DNA of 64,000 bases from Lama glama (Eukaryota): the NCBI GenBank assembly GCA_028534125.1, contig CM052817.1, positions 34,598,001-34,662,000 of the forward strand, read 5' to 3'. Within the stretch, counting starts at the first letter, position 1. Every line of letters begins with the position of its first letter. Under the pieces are notes generated by a model. The model saw nothing but the letters and a program-made list of their open reading frames with translations. It did no database searches and was not told the origin of the DNA. Shown here in pieces: positions 14,298 to 28,010 of the stretch. A program made the translations under genes and the position numbers.

Positions 14298-15930
14298 TAA
14301 AATAATCTGCCTAGGAAACCATTAGAATGAATCCCATGATACCCTACTTTCCTTTTGTATCAGTCACCAGGAGAAGCCCAAGACCCCCAGGTCATCTCCC
14401 ATCACCTAGACTCTTGTCCCTTTATACTTTGTATATCCCCTCATTAATCCCTTTCCCTTTTCTTTCCCATTTCCAAAATCCTTTAAGGGTGTCCTCTGGA
14501 ACTTACGGTATATTATTAGCAAAATATCCTACTTCTTCAATATTGTTGTTGCATACTCTCTCCACCTTTCCCGCACCAACAGAAAGTTCACTCTTCTCTA
14601 GGAGTTCTGCTCTAGCTCCATGCCTTCCAAATGATGGCTGGTTTTCTCTCTCACATCTCATATGAGGAGCCCTGGTGTGAGATGGACTTGTTTCTCACTG
14701 TCCTGAATTATTCTCCTTTCTCCCCCACTAAACTCCCCAATTTTGAATCTCATGCCTCCAATTAAGCTATTATCATCTCCTTGCTGTAAGCATTCATAAA
14801 CCCCCAGAACAAGCCTTCTCATTCCCTGAGGGTTGTTTCTCTCTCCAATACCTCTTTTGTCATTATTTTTGGACTGTGATATCCACAAAAATGATCCTTC
14901 GAACATCTTGGCCAATTCCTTGATCTCCTCTCCTCCAACAATCCTGTGCTCACCTCCCACTCATCCCCCTGAAGTTACTCTAGAACTCAGCATTACCAAC
15001 AATCACATGCCCTTCCATATTCTTAATTTCAAGCACTTTATCCCTCTGTATCTTACATAAGAGCTGGGAGAGCATGTGATCTGCTTGATTTGAATCCACA
15101 CACACACACCACATACACTAAAAAATATACACCTTTTTTTTTCTAACTGGCTGTATAGCTCTAATTTATTTATTTATGTTTATGCTTTTTTTTTTTTAAC
15201 CTGTCCTATCCTCCTTATCTTTGCTGGGCCTTCACAGTTTCTCATCTCACAGAGCAAGGCAGGTTATCTGAGATGGTCAGGGGATATAAAAGATAGTGTC
15301 AGTCTCTGTTGGTCAGGCTGCTCATCATCCTTTATGAAAAATGTTTAATTCTTTTTCATGTTTGTCCAAACTCTAGCCTTCCTTTTTGCCACTGATTCCT
15401 TTGTATGTTTAACATACAAATAAGCCATTCCATGAGACATTCTGTGGCAAAATGCAGTAATAGCTTACAATTCAAATACAGCTGAAGTCAAGCTGATAAT
15501 AAAAACTTCCTATAATTCCAACTTAACAGCATTTACTAATAGAGGTGCAAAGAATACAAATATTAAAGAACATGTGGAGGGAAACTAAGGCTTCTGAAGA
15601 TCACTTGCTTTGCTACATTTTAAGACCTTAATTTTCCTTTCTAGCTTCATTCTCTCTCTCCAGCCGCCTCATCTCCCACTCCACCCTCACTGTTTACATA
15701 CTCCCTACTCTCCAGCCACACTAAATGTGTCACCATTCCTATTAACTCGAAAATAAAGACCCCTGGTATACAAAGATCTGCCCAACATATTATCAACACA
15801 AATGACTTCCTAGTATACAAAACAGAATTGATCTTCCAGGAAATCACATTGTCAATCCCGACGGTGAATCAGGATTCAATTCATCAATTTGTAAAACTCA
15901 TGTTAGTGAAAAACTTAAACAGATGTACTG

Positions 15931-16415
15931 TGTATTAACTTCCTATAGCTGCTATAACAAATCACCACAAACTTAATGGAACGAAGCAGGACAAATTTAC
16001 TTTCTCCCAGTTCTGTAGGTCAGAGTCCAACACAGGTCTTACTGGGCTAAACTCAAAGTGTCAGCGGGGTTGCATTCCTTTCTGGAAACGTGAGCAGAAA
16101 AACTGCTCCTTTGCCTCTACAAGCTTCTAGAGGCTCTGTGCATTCCTTGACTCATGCATGGATCTCCTCCTCAACCTTCAAAACCAGCAGCAGGCCAAGT
16201 CCTTCTCACATTGCCATCTCTTTCGCCTCCCTCTTTCTTTATAAAGACCCTTGTGATTACACTGGGCCCACCCAGATAATCCAAAATAATCTTCCATTAT
16301 AAATTCAGCTGATTAGTCACCTTCATTCCTCTTTGCCACATAACCTAATACAGCCACAGTTTCTGGGAACTTAGAATGTGGACATCTTCGAAAAGCCATT
16401 ATTCTGCCTACCACA
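15931..16415 (-). mobile_element. MaLR solo LTR, MLT1C/D-like
   Basis: tgtattaacttcctatagctgctataacaaatcaccacaaactt...attctgcctaccaca, the reverse complement of MLT1 ends. Confidence 0.82.
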
Positions 16416-19149
16416 CACCATGACTCAAGAAGTCTCTTTCGTCAAGACAAAGTATCTTCTGGGGATAAACATTAAATAATTTGATCTATCAATAGATAAA
16501 AGATCATATCATCATGCCCATAAGTTTGTAACTTCTGAACTATCTTTTCCTTTTATGTTCCTTCAAGGGAATTGAGAAACAATGTGGATGACAGTTTCAG
16601 ATGCCTAAGTTCAACTGCAACTGAAGTCTAACTTTATTGCTATATAGCAGCAACAGGTTCTATGGATGTTTGCTTAGTTTAATGCCCAAATGAATATGAG
16701 AGCATGCTTCTCCTTTTGGACAATTATTTAATATATATACTACACTCTGGCATAATTTATAAGTATCAAACAGATGTACAAAAAAATTAATTAATCCAAG
16801 TCTTCGTGGAATGTTTTCTTTTTAAAAGGCATCTGAGATAGATCTCTAGAAAAAGAGAGAATGAATTACAACAACCTAAAAAAAGTACAGAATTTCATTA
16901 GTGCTGTAAATCTATAGGGATCTGTTAAGAAATCTGCTTAAGTATTATGAAAATGATAGGCTTAGGGTCAGCTCATGAGCTATTTACTAACTTATAACTA
17001 ATCTGTATAAATATAATGACAATGTTATGACATATTATGTATTTCATCAATGAGGTCACCAAATCCATATAGAATACTAAAAAATACGCCAACTTTCAAA
17101 GCCACAAGTATTCCCCTAACTTTTTGCAGTGTAATCTCTTCATAAAAAAGACAATTATTTTGACCTATTACCTGAAATGACAAGGTCTGAGAAAATTGCA
17201 GGGCAAGATCCTATCTGAATCTGTGGAGTATCAAGGGAGATGGAACTCAACTTGCACAGATATATTTTTTTATTTGCAGCATGCAAGTATGAGTAATTAA
17301 GGATAAGAGGATGTTTAAACAGCCTGCTAATTAACAGCCAGAAGGCCCATGACCAGGTTTCACAGGGTGCAACCTAGACTTAACAAGTATTATGGAATAG
17401 ATACATATCCTTGATACGGAAGAAAATGGCTTGAGATTTCCACTGATTTATCTTCAAGTCTGCTACTGAGCCCATGCAATAAATTTCTATTTCTTGTATG
17501 TTTCTGTTCTGAATTTCCTACTTGATTCTTTTGTATGATTTCTGTTTCAGAGAACTATTTTTCTACTCATTTCAAAAATGTTCACTTTTACCTCATGGAA
17601 CATGGATATATCAGTTGCTTTAAAGTCTTTTCTGATAATTTCATCATCTGCATCATCTCAGGGCTGGCATCTATTGTCTTTTCCCTGTTTCCTTAAGTTT
17701 GAAAAAAAGCCACATTTTCCTGATTCTTTGTATGTCAAGTAATTTTGGATTATATACAAAGCATTCTGAATATTAGGTTATGAAAGTTTAGATCCTATTA
17801 TCTTTTGGAGAATTTGGGTTTTTTGCTTAAGTTTAGACTACAAGTTCTGTATTGCCTTCTAAGAGTGGGAGTTCTAATGTTAGCTCAGTTTTCAAAGCCT
17901 CTGCTATGTTATTTGGGTTTATCCTTACACGCATCACTCAGAGGCAAGTCTGGATTTGAACACTGGTTTGTATTGTACATCAGTTCTCTAAGTCTTCGCT
18001 GTGTTTCTCTGGATCTGTTCTGTGCACATGTAGCTCATGAGTGACATGGGACCTTTGTGGGTATCCTCTCCTATCAGCTCTCTTCTGATATTTCCCTAGC
18101 ATGCTCCAGTTTCCAGGGGCCTGTTTCCCAAAACCTCTGACCAGAAAATCGGTTTTCTCACAAGGTTTTAAGTGCTTGTGCCACCATGACAATGCAACTT
18201 TATAGGTGGAGATGGTCTCAGGAAAGGCTTGGGGGAGAAAAAGCAAAAAAGGGGTTTTTTTCCCTTGTCCTCTGGCTAGAAATAGGGGGTTTTTCTAAGG
18301 GTTTTTGTAAATTTCTACATCCACTGTGTAGTTCCATAATTTAGCCCACCATTTGGTCAAAGTTGGGTCATAGAAAGAAAGAAAAGTAAATTCACCATTA
18401 TGTAGACTATTCCTCAAGTTATGACTCCCCTTCTCAATCTGTCTGCTATTATTAATTTTCAGAGATAGTTACTCTGTATTCTATTCAGAATTTTTAGCTC
18501 TAGAGAGGCTTATCCATTGTATTGTCCACTGTATTATATCCATTTTCCTAATAGACTTTTCACCTAATGGCTTTAGTCAATGACTGATCATTATCTAGAT
18601 CCATAATTCTATTAGATATTGCATTGTGGTGAGTGTCTAATCCTATCATTCTCCCAGGATTTCTTGTTAGCTATGATTCTTCTATACAGTAAACTTTCTG
18701 TCTTAACTACTTGCTTATCCTGGAATATAATCTGCGCAAAAAAAGATAAATGGTTGAGTCTTTCATTTACCAATGATTTTCAGCTGTTCCCTATGAGGGT
18801 TTTTTTTTTAAGTGTTATTATGAACTTCTAAATTCCTATATATTTGTGTTTCAATCTACAACAGTCATTAAGTCATTACTTATCTTTAAACCAATTTTTA
18901 TGGAAAATTTCAAACATACCCAAAAGTAAAAAAGACTAATTATTAACCCAAATATCCATCATCCATTTTCAACAATTATTAAATCATGGTCAGTCTTGTT
19001 TCATCTTTGCCCCTGCCCCCTTCCTTCCCATCCTTTGTATCATTAGAAGCAAATTGCCAAAACTGTATCATTTCATCTGTAAATACTCCAATATGAATCT
19101 ATAAATTACAAAGACTTTACAAAAGCATAACCACAATATCATTATCACA

Positions 19150-20790
19150 TTTTTAAAAGGTAATAAAAGATGTATACAAACTCTACATATAAAACAACAA
19201 AATATTCTGAGATAAATTTTAAAGACCAAAATATATGGAGATATACCATGGTTAATGTATTGAAAGTCTCAATATTGAAAGATGTCCAACATATCCAAAT
19301 TGATCTACAGATTCAATATTAAACAAGTCAAAAGATGAAATAATATTAAATTTGCTTAATATTAAATACAGAATTTATTTATTTACTTATTTAAGAAACT
19401 GACAGGCTGAATGTAAAATTTTTACTGAAATTCATAAGGACTAAGAAGAACCAAAGCAATTTTAAAGAAGAAAAGTTGGAAGATTTAAAACTACACTAAT
19501 TAAAAGAATATAGCACTGGCACAACAACAAACAGACCAATGGAACAGAACAGGGTCCAAAAATAGACTCACAGTCACCTGAATTACAACAAAGGCAACTT
19601 ACTTCATTACAGTAAGAAAGGACAGTCTTTTCAATAAATAATGCTGGGCCAAATGGATTTCCATACGGAAAATAAAATGAGCCATGAATCCTACCACCTA
19701 AGAATAAATCTAAATGTAAAAATTAAAATAATCAAGCTTATAGAAGAAAACAGCAGAATATCTTCTTGGCTTTCAGATAAACAAAGACTCCTTAAAACAC
19801 AAAAAGCACTAATCATAAATAAATAATTTGATAAAAAGGTCTTCATTAAAATTAAGAAATTATCTTAACTAAGACACACTACTAAAAGAGTGAAGAAGTA
19901 AGAGAGATGTCTTTAATACTTAATCCAACAAAAAATTTAAATAACTCCTGCAAATCTGTAAGATAGACAACCCAAGACAAAAATGGGCAAAAGACATAAA
20001 CAGCCATTTCTTAAGAGGATGCCCAAAGGATCAACAGGCATACAAACATCTGCTAATTTTTAAAGTTATCAGGGAGTCATAAATTAAAAGTACAAATAAA
20101 ATTTCACAACATACACTGCAGAAGAGCTATTAATTTGAAATACTAATAATTCAAAGTGCTGATGAGGATGGAGAGCAACAAGAACTCTTATACACTGTTG
20201 GAGAAGTGTAAATTGATTCAACCACTTTTGAAAACTAGGGAGTATCTACTAAAGCTAAACAGCCAAATACTCTGCCCCAGCAATTTCACTCCTGGATATT
20301 TATCCAACAGAAATGCATACATACGTAACAAAGACGTACTTGAAAGTGTTCACAGCTAAATTCATCATAACAGCCAAAAACTGACTATGATCCAAATGCT
20401 AGTGGAAAGTACAATGGATAAATAAATTATGGTATATACATATAATGGAGTATTACAAAGCAGTGAAAAAGGATGGCCTATTATTGCTATATGAATCAAC
20501 ATGAACAACTCACATAACAACATGTTGATCAAAAAAAGACACAAGAAGTTCAAAAATAGACAATACTAATGAATATTGAATGAAGTCAGAATAATAGTTA
20601 CCTTTGGGAGTGCGTGATGACTGTCAGGGGGCATGAAGGAGGCTCCTGGATTGATGAAAATATTCTATATCTTGATCTTGGTATTGGTTAAATGAGTGTT
20701 GACTTCATAAAATTTCATCAAAATGACACTCAGTATTTATGCACTGTATAATATGCATGTTTTAACTCAATATAAAATATTTTTTAAAGT
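19150..20790 (+). mobile_element. Ancient L1 (L1M-type) ORF2 3' end and 3'UTR
   Basis: Degenerate ORF2 C-terminal motifs (agaccaatggaacagaa, cccagcaatttcactcctgg) followed by an L1 3'UTR. Confidence 0.8.
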
Positions 20791-23221
20791 TAGCAATACT
20801 ATGCGGGCCCCTTGATTTTTTAATTTTTAGGGGTTTCTCCATCAGTCTGCCTCTTACTTGGGTACTAAAAAGTCCTATTTACTTCCTTTTTCTGAGTAAT
20901 TATCAAAGAATGGTCTTGATATGTGGCTCCTTCCCACATTATAAAGGCAAAAGCCTAGCTTGAAGTTAGATCTAAATATGGAATTTTTCTTAATATAAAT
21001 ACAATCAATTTTTCTACATTAAGTTCCTGATTACCAGTTTCCACAGCTTCTATTTGGAAAAAAGAGATAAGAAAACACAAAGCTTCTGAGGCTTAGTATC
21101 TAAGCTCTGTTTTAGCTAGAATTGAAAAAACAAATCAAGGCAAGGTGTCAGCATAAGGTTGTTGTGAAATAAAATATATTATTAAATGTAAAATACTTAG
21201 AATATGACAAGCACAAACTAAATACTCAAAAAATATCTGCAATTATTTATACCAGTTTGAAAAACACTATAATAGATTCTTATTCTTGAATTTCCTTCAA
21301 AATACTTAAGATAAAAAAAAAAGATCTACTTTTAAAAACAAAGCATATTTATGGAGCCAAGGGACTTAACAGATTTTTAATGAAGCAAGCTGAAGTGAAC
21401 ATTAAAGAAACTACAGGACAGATGAGAATTAAATAGACTGTATCTAAGATTTTTTAAAGTTCTAAATTATACTAATAGATATTTAATGATATTATGATTA
21501 GAACTCTTATATATATTTATCCAGCTCACTCATTGTTAACATTTGCATCATTTTCTTTATATAAGATAAACATATTTCCTGAAACATCTGAGAGTAAGTT
21601 GCATATATCATGTCCTTTTAACCCAAAATACTTCAGCGTGTACTTCCTAAGAACAGATATTTTCATCAATAATAATATAGTTATTAACCTCAGGAAATTT
21701 AACAAGTATAAGGTATTTTAATGTCTATTTTCCAATTTTTTAACTGAGCAAATAAAGTCCTGTAGGAGTGTCTTCTTCCTCCAGTACAGGATACAGTTTA
21801 AAGTCATGTATTAGATTCAGTTATCATACCTCCCTAGACTCCTTTAATCTGTAAATGTTTTCCTCAGCCAAATAACTTTTAAACTATCTCATCTTTACAA
21901 GGTATTCTCCAAGGTAATATTTTAAAAAGTTGGGTTCTTGAGCATACTATATAGGGAAGTTTCATTAAAAATAGAGGCTCAATGGAAAAGTTGGGAAAAG
22001 TTTCAGACAACTTAAATGAGAATATATAAATCTTCCTAACCAAGAGTGGCTTTAGTATATATACATTTTAAAAATTTTTAATGAGGGGGCTTCTAGATTT
22101 CTTTGAGACTGCTGATTCTTGGATTGGTGGTTTATCTTGTCCCTCAAGATTTCAAAAAATTATAATATATAATCAACTTAGACAAAATAAATCTGGCCAA
22201 TGATTTGACAGCTATCTGTAAGGAATGGATCCAGAGAAAACTATTGCTTTCATCAAAATTCCCTCCTACAGTTAACAAAAAACACCCAATTCTAGTAAGC
22301 AAATCTTTAAAGGTACTGGCATTATTATGATTATGCATAGATGTAACAGCTATTAGCCACAACAGGATTTATTCCTTCACTCAACAAACAGTGACCGTAT
22401 GCCAACTATGTGTCAGATCTATGGCAGCTGCATGTGGATCCAATAGCTAAGAAACAGGCATGGTACCTACCCTTAAAAAGCTTACAATTTAGTAAACCTA
22501 AAGACTCCTGTTTTCAGACAGGACAGGTATTACTTTCCCCTATTTTGAAAATGAAGCACCTATGATGCAGAGTGATAAGTATGTCCAAAGCCACAGAACT
22601 ATTAAGTGTTCTAGAGGGACAAGAAAGGTAGATCCTAAAATCCTGGTCTTTTATCTCCTAATACAAAACTTAACCTACCTCTATCAGACTGCAGAAGAGC
22701 TGCTTAAGAATATCCTCCAACCTATCCACAGACTCCAAAGGGGACCACATCCCCTTCATCCCCAACATATGTTCTAGCTTTGTTCCATTGAGTCAGTCAC
22801 CAACTACTTTCCAAAAAATGTATTAGCATTTTCACTTTAAAAGTAACAGGTTATCTCCAAACACAGAGAAAAACAGAAACTACACAAAAGGGATATACAT
22901 TTTTAAGTGCTTACTATATTACCGTAACACTAAAACCTGGTAAAAAAAAAAAAAAAAAACTCAGAGTATATACTAATTTCTTTCTGCATATGCCCACATA
23001 CATTTATTTTAGGAGAAAGGTTAGAAGAATCAATTTCTCTTGATTTATTTTCGGTTTTAAACAGAAACATAGGTCAATCTACTAAGAATACGGATTATAC
23101 TTTTCAGGCCAGAAAAAAAGGATAAGTCACTGAGAGTTGCTATCAACTTTCACCTCCCTCTAATTTCCCCCAATTTATCTCTTACCCTAGCACTCAATCT
23201 ACAAATACTTCTCCAACTATG

Positions 23222-23550
23222 TAGAGGTCAGCTAATTTATTCTGTAAAGGGTCACACAGTAAATATTTTTGGCTTTCTGGGTCCTAACGTCTCTGATGCA
23301 ACTACCTAACTCTGCCACTACAGCTTGAAAATAGCCATACACAATATGTAAAAAGTAAGAGTGGCTGTATTTCAATAAAGCTTTATTCATACACCCTAAA
23401 ATCTGAATTTCACATAATTTTCACATAATGTCAAAAATAGTCTCCTTTTGGCATTTTCCCCCTAACCATTTAAAACTGAAAACACCACTCTTAGTTCATG
23501 GGTCACACAAAAACAGGCAGCAGGCTGGATCTGGTGGTTTGCAGACCCTG
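23222..23550 (+). mobile_element. hAT-Charlie MITE, MER58B-like
   Basis: ttctgtaaagggtcacacagtaaatatttttggcttt ... gtttgcagaccctg, ~330 bp. Confidence 0.75.
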
Positions 23551-23984
23551 ATGGAAAGACTTGCTTGCAACCTGGAGCTGCAGTAGGTGACTGGCCCTTC
23601 TTTACCTCAGTCAATTGATTATCTCTACCTTTATCTAAACCTAAAATCTGACAGGAAATAGTTCTTATTCTACTTTTCAGTCATTTTGCAAATTATCTTT
23701 ATCTCAGAAAAGGACAAATTATAATTCTTACTTAGGGGTAGTAACGGAAAAATTTCAAGAATTGCTGGAAAAAAAAACTTTACCATCTGGATATCAATTA
23801 TACCAACAAATAACTTCACTCCTCATAAGAATAAAAATTCTAAAGATAAATCAAGGGAAGTAGTAGATCATATATTTTTATAATACTCTGTCCTATGCTC
23901 CTTGCCAGAAGATTGCAAACCTCACTGCAACCAATAATTATGCCACAAAAAAGAAAGAAAGAAAAGAAAAAAAACATGGCATAC

Positions 23985-24140
23985 CTCTGAGCTCAAAATG
24001 AAGATTGAAGGTATCTAGTGAAACTCACCAAGTTGTAAAGATTCATCTAAGAGGAATGCAGAATTTTCCAAAGGCATCTTACACTGTGACAAAATCAGCT
24101 TCTAAGTTTCAGCAGCTTTACAGGAAAAAAAAAAAAAATT
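23985..24140 (-). other. CLOCK: CLOCK 5'UTR exon 2 (156 nt)
   Basis: tgttttacag|AATTT...AAGATGCCTTTGG...CACTAGATACCTTCAATCTTCATTTTGAGCTCAGAG|gtatgc. Matches the recalled human CLOCK 5'UTR; canonical splice sites. Confidence 0.88.
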
Positions 24141-24229
24141 CTGTAAAACAAGTGCAGCTGTGGAAATAATGTTAACCAAATTCTAAATAACAATACCTCC
24201 AGTATTTTTTTTCCCATCCACGTATACAG

Positions 24230-24800
24230 CATTAATTGGGGCATCCTATATGCCAGGAATTGGGGATGTAACAATGAACATGTCAGATCCCATCAACCCC
24301 TCTGGGACCTCAGTCTATAGAGCAACTCCAAATGGGATAGAAGGCTTTAAGAATTATGATGGTGTGAATGGAAAGCATGGCAGAGATACAAACCAGTCTG
24401 GTGGGAACTGGTTAAGAAAGGTCTCCTAAAGGAGGGGCATTTAATGCATAGTAAGTAGGATCTGACCAAATAAAGTAAGCAGAGAAGGGAGAGAAAGAAC
24501 GTGTTTCATTGGAAGGGAACAGCCTGTTCAAAGGGTCAGATTTCGGAGAGAATATGGCATTCATGTGGAAGTGAAACAAGTCCAGTGTGGCTGCTCAGAG
24601 TAAGAAAAGGGACGAGAAGGTCATTCTCTAAGATGGGCAAGGGAGGAAAGAAAAAGGTGAAGCAATTTGCCCCAAGTCACACACTCCACTTGAGAAGGAA
24701 GAAGTCGATCCTTTCAGGGGGCTTTTGTGAAGGTCTGAGGGAAAACTGCCCTAGGCCAATAGCCGGCCTAGGATGGATGATTTGATCAACTGACCCTCTG
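24230..24800 (-). mobile_element. L2 remnant
   Basis: gcatcctatatgccagg...ggggatgtaacaatgaaca and other L2-type purine-rich motifs. Confidence 0.55.
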
Positions 24801-25506
24801 GCAAAATGACAGGGAAGAAGTCAGTCTCAGCACCATTCTCAATTACTAATTAACAGTTGCCATGCATTCCACTATGTACGAAACCCAGTTTTAAGTGCTC
24901 AACATTGTGTTAATTAATTAAATCCTCACAACATTCCTATGAGGTAGCTATTTTTATTACCCTTTATTTCCAGTATGGTTTTATGAAATGGCCCAATCAT
25001 GGTCATTAATTTTTATTAACAATTAAAATAAAAATTATTGGCAATGTTAACAACACTTCTTACCACAATATCAGAAGCATTTTAATTACTTTTCAAACAA
25101 AAAAATACTATTTTAAAGATCAATTAACAAAAACAAAAGACTTTCCAACTTTAATTTGGTAATTTCCTGATTAACTAGCAGTTCTGTTGGGGAAATTCTG
25201 TTCCTTGCTCATTCATTCACTTATTATGATAAGTTCTACATATCCAATGATCAGGGAAAAAAACACTAGATTTCTGCCCTCGTGGAGCTTTAGTCACTGA
25301 AATACAATAAGGATCAATACCCCCTGGGTATTAATAAATTTTCTTTTTGCAACATATCCTAAGTTTTTTGAATGAATGAAGAACCAACAACCAACCAGAC
25401 AAAATCTGATGCAACAGAGGAAAATCAAAATCTGAGGGAAGTGGATTATGAATAAAAATTAAACACATGTTAAAGGAGGAGGAAGAAGAACAAGAACTGT
25501 TCCACT

Positions 25507-26243
25507 AGAAAAGGGAACCCTCGTACACTGTTGGTGGGAAGTACACTGGTGCAGCCACTATGGAAAACAGTATGGAGGTTCCTCAAACTACCACAAGATC
25601 CAGCAATTCCACTCCTGGCTTTACTCAAAGAAAATAAAAACACTAATTTGAAAAGACATGTGTATGCCTATGTTCACTGAAGCACTATTTTCAATAGTCA
25701 AGATATGGAAGTAACCTAAGGGTCCATCAATAGATGACTAGATAAAGATCTCGCACGCACGCGCACACACACATGCACACACACTGGAGTACTACTCAGC
25801 CATAAAAAGAATGAAATCTTGACATTTGTGACAACGTGGGTGGACAACATGGGTATCAAGCTAAATGAAATAAGGCAGAAAGAGAAAGACAAATGCTGAA
25901 TGATTTCACTCTTATGTAGAATCTAAAAAAACAAGATAAATAAACAAACAAAACAAACCAGAAACAGACTGAGATACAAAGAACTGGTGACTGCCAGGAG
26001 GTAACAGGGTAGGGGGAATGATGAAATAGGTGAAGATGATTAAGAGTTGTATAAAGCTTTCAGCTACAAAATAAAGTCAAGGAGATATAACGGAAATACA
26101 GTCAATAATACTGTAACAACTCTGATTAGTGACAAAAGGTAACTGGACATATTATGATTATTTCATAATGTATAAAAGTATTGAATCACTATGCTGTATA
26201 CAGAAATTAATATAATATTGTATGTCAAGTATAACTTAATTAA
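25507..26243 (+). mobile_element. Short 5'-truncated LINE-1 3' end
   Basis: ORF2 C-terminus plus 3'UTR; 15-bp TSD aagaactgttccact (25492-25506) / aaaaactattccact (26244-26258), 2 mismatches. Confidence 0.9.
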
Positions 26244-26786
26244 AAAAACTATTCCACTGAGGAACATACTCAGGAAGAATGAAAAAGAACCCTAACTCAA
26301 AAAGAGCACAGAGAAGTAGCAGTAATCACCCACAATGATGAAGGTCCTTAAGAGACTCAAAACAGTTGTGAAAATAAAAAGTAAATATATATTACACAGC
26401 AGAGGATTCAAGATTATAATCTAGTGATGAAAGATTATACCTTAATCCAGCAGTCTTCATCCGGGGTACCAGGTAGTTTTTAAAGGTATCAGTTTCCAGA
26501 TTCTCAATGTCTATAATTATCAACCAGCTACTGGAGTAAGGTCAGAGCATCATGCTGGTTTCTCCTTTCCTACACTCTATTTTATATTCACCTTCTTTCC
26601 GTTCACGAGAGGAAGACATCTCTCACATATCTAAAATCTCACTACAATGCATTTCCCTGAAGAAATATCCAGAACACCAAAGGAATAACCTGAAATATTG
26701 ATATCAGGGGAGTATCCTTTAATGGAGATATCACATACTTAAGGTGGTCCTGTCTTTCCCTATCCCAAACACTTTTTTAAAAAATA

Positions 26787-26940
26787 TTTTTTTTATTTAT
26801 TATTATATTGTTTAAATTATTTTATTTGGGGGAAGGGGGTAATTAGGTTAGTTTATTTTTAGAGGAGATACTGAGGATTGAACCCAGGACCTCATAAATG
26901 CTGAGAATGCACTCTATCATTTGAGCGATACCCTCCCCCA
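26787..26940 (-). mobile_element. tRNA-Ala-derived SINE (Vic-1-like)
   Basis: Reverse-complement head gattgaacccaggacctc...ataccctcccc preceded by a T-rich tail. Confidence 0.82.
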
Positions 26941-27444
26941 CCATACACTTTAATTAAGAAAAACACATGACATTAAAAAGGAGATATTTTGGCCCTAGTG
27001 CACTATCAAAACCTCAGGAACTGAGAATAACAAAAATTTTTCACTAAGAAGCCCATCTGAGAGAGAATCCAATGAAAATGGTGATGATAAATATTGAAGA
27101 AAGCTGTCAGTTCATTCAGGTAAAAAGCTTATGGCCAGACTCCTTATCTAATTTATCTAGAAATATTTACAACTCAAGATCTGGGACTAATTTAGCAGGA
27201 ATATGCTATAAATTCTACTATAAATTATATACCTAACAAAATTATAAATAAGTGTCTTGTAAACCTCATATTTATTTATTACCCAGTATCTTTTCTCTTC
27301 ACCATTAATTTCCACTGAAACCAGTCTCATTCAATTCTAATATATTTAAAATTCATTCATGGTGATGAAACTTTTTTTCTTTTAACACTTAGACCATCAT
27401 AGACACAGTTAATAAACATTTTGAGTTTCAATTTATATTCATAT

Positions 27445-28010
27445 TTTTGATGTCCAGAAGCATTTTTCAACTACTGAAAGAAAAGAACTGCCAACCAAGA
27501 ATCCTATATCCAGACAAAACATCCTTTAGGAAAGAGAGGGAAATTAAAATGTCCATGGATGAAGGAAAACTAAGAGAACCTGCCATCAGTAGACCTGCCT
27601 TAAAAAAAAGAATGACTTTAGGAATTTCTTCAAACCTAAAGGAAGTTATAAAAAAAGGAACATTGGAAAATCAGGAGGGAAAAAATAGAAAGAGAAAAAG
27701 AGTATGGGTAAACACAACAGACTTTCCCTTCTCTAAGTCTTCTGTATTATTTTTGATGATTTAAGCAAAAATTCTAACACTGTGTGATATGGTTCTCAAG
27801 ATATATAAAGAAAATATAAAAGGCAATTAAATTAGAAAAGGAGGTTTGGGGGGTGGTAGTTAAGGAACTTAACCAGTAGACTGTAGTAAGTTATGTACAC
27901 ATAATATAATACCTAGAACAACTACAGAAAAGCTATTCAAAGAGATACAATCAAAACACTATAAATAAAACAGGACAGAATCCTAAAAAAATGTTCAACT
28001 AGTCCACAGG
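27445..28010 (+). mobile_element. L1 ORF1 C-terminus / inter-ORF fragment
   Basis: IFQLLKEKNCQPRILYPDKTSFRKEREIK is the ORF1p C-terminal motif. Confidence 0.8.
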
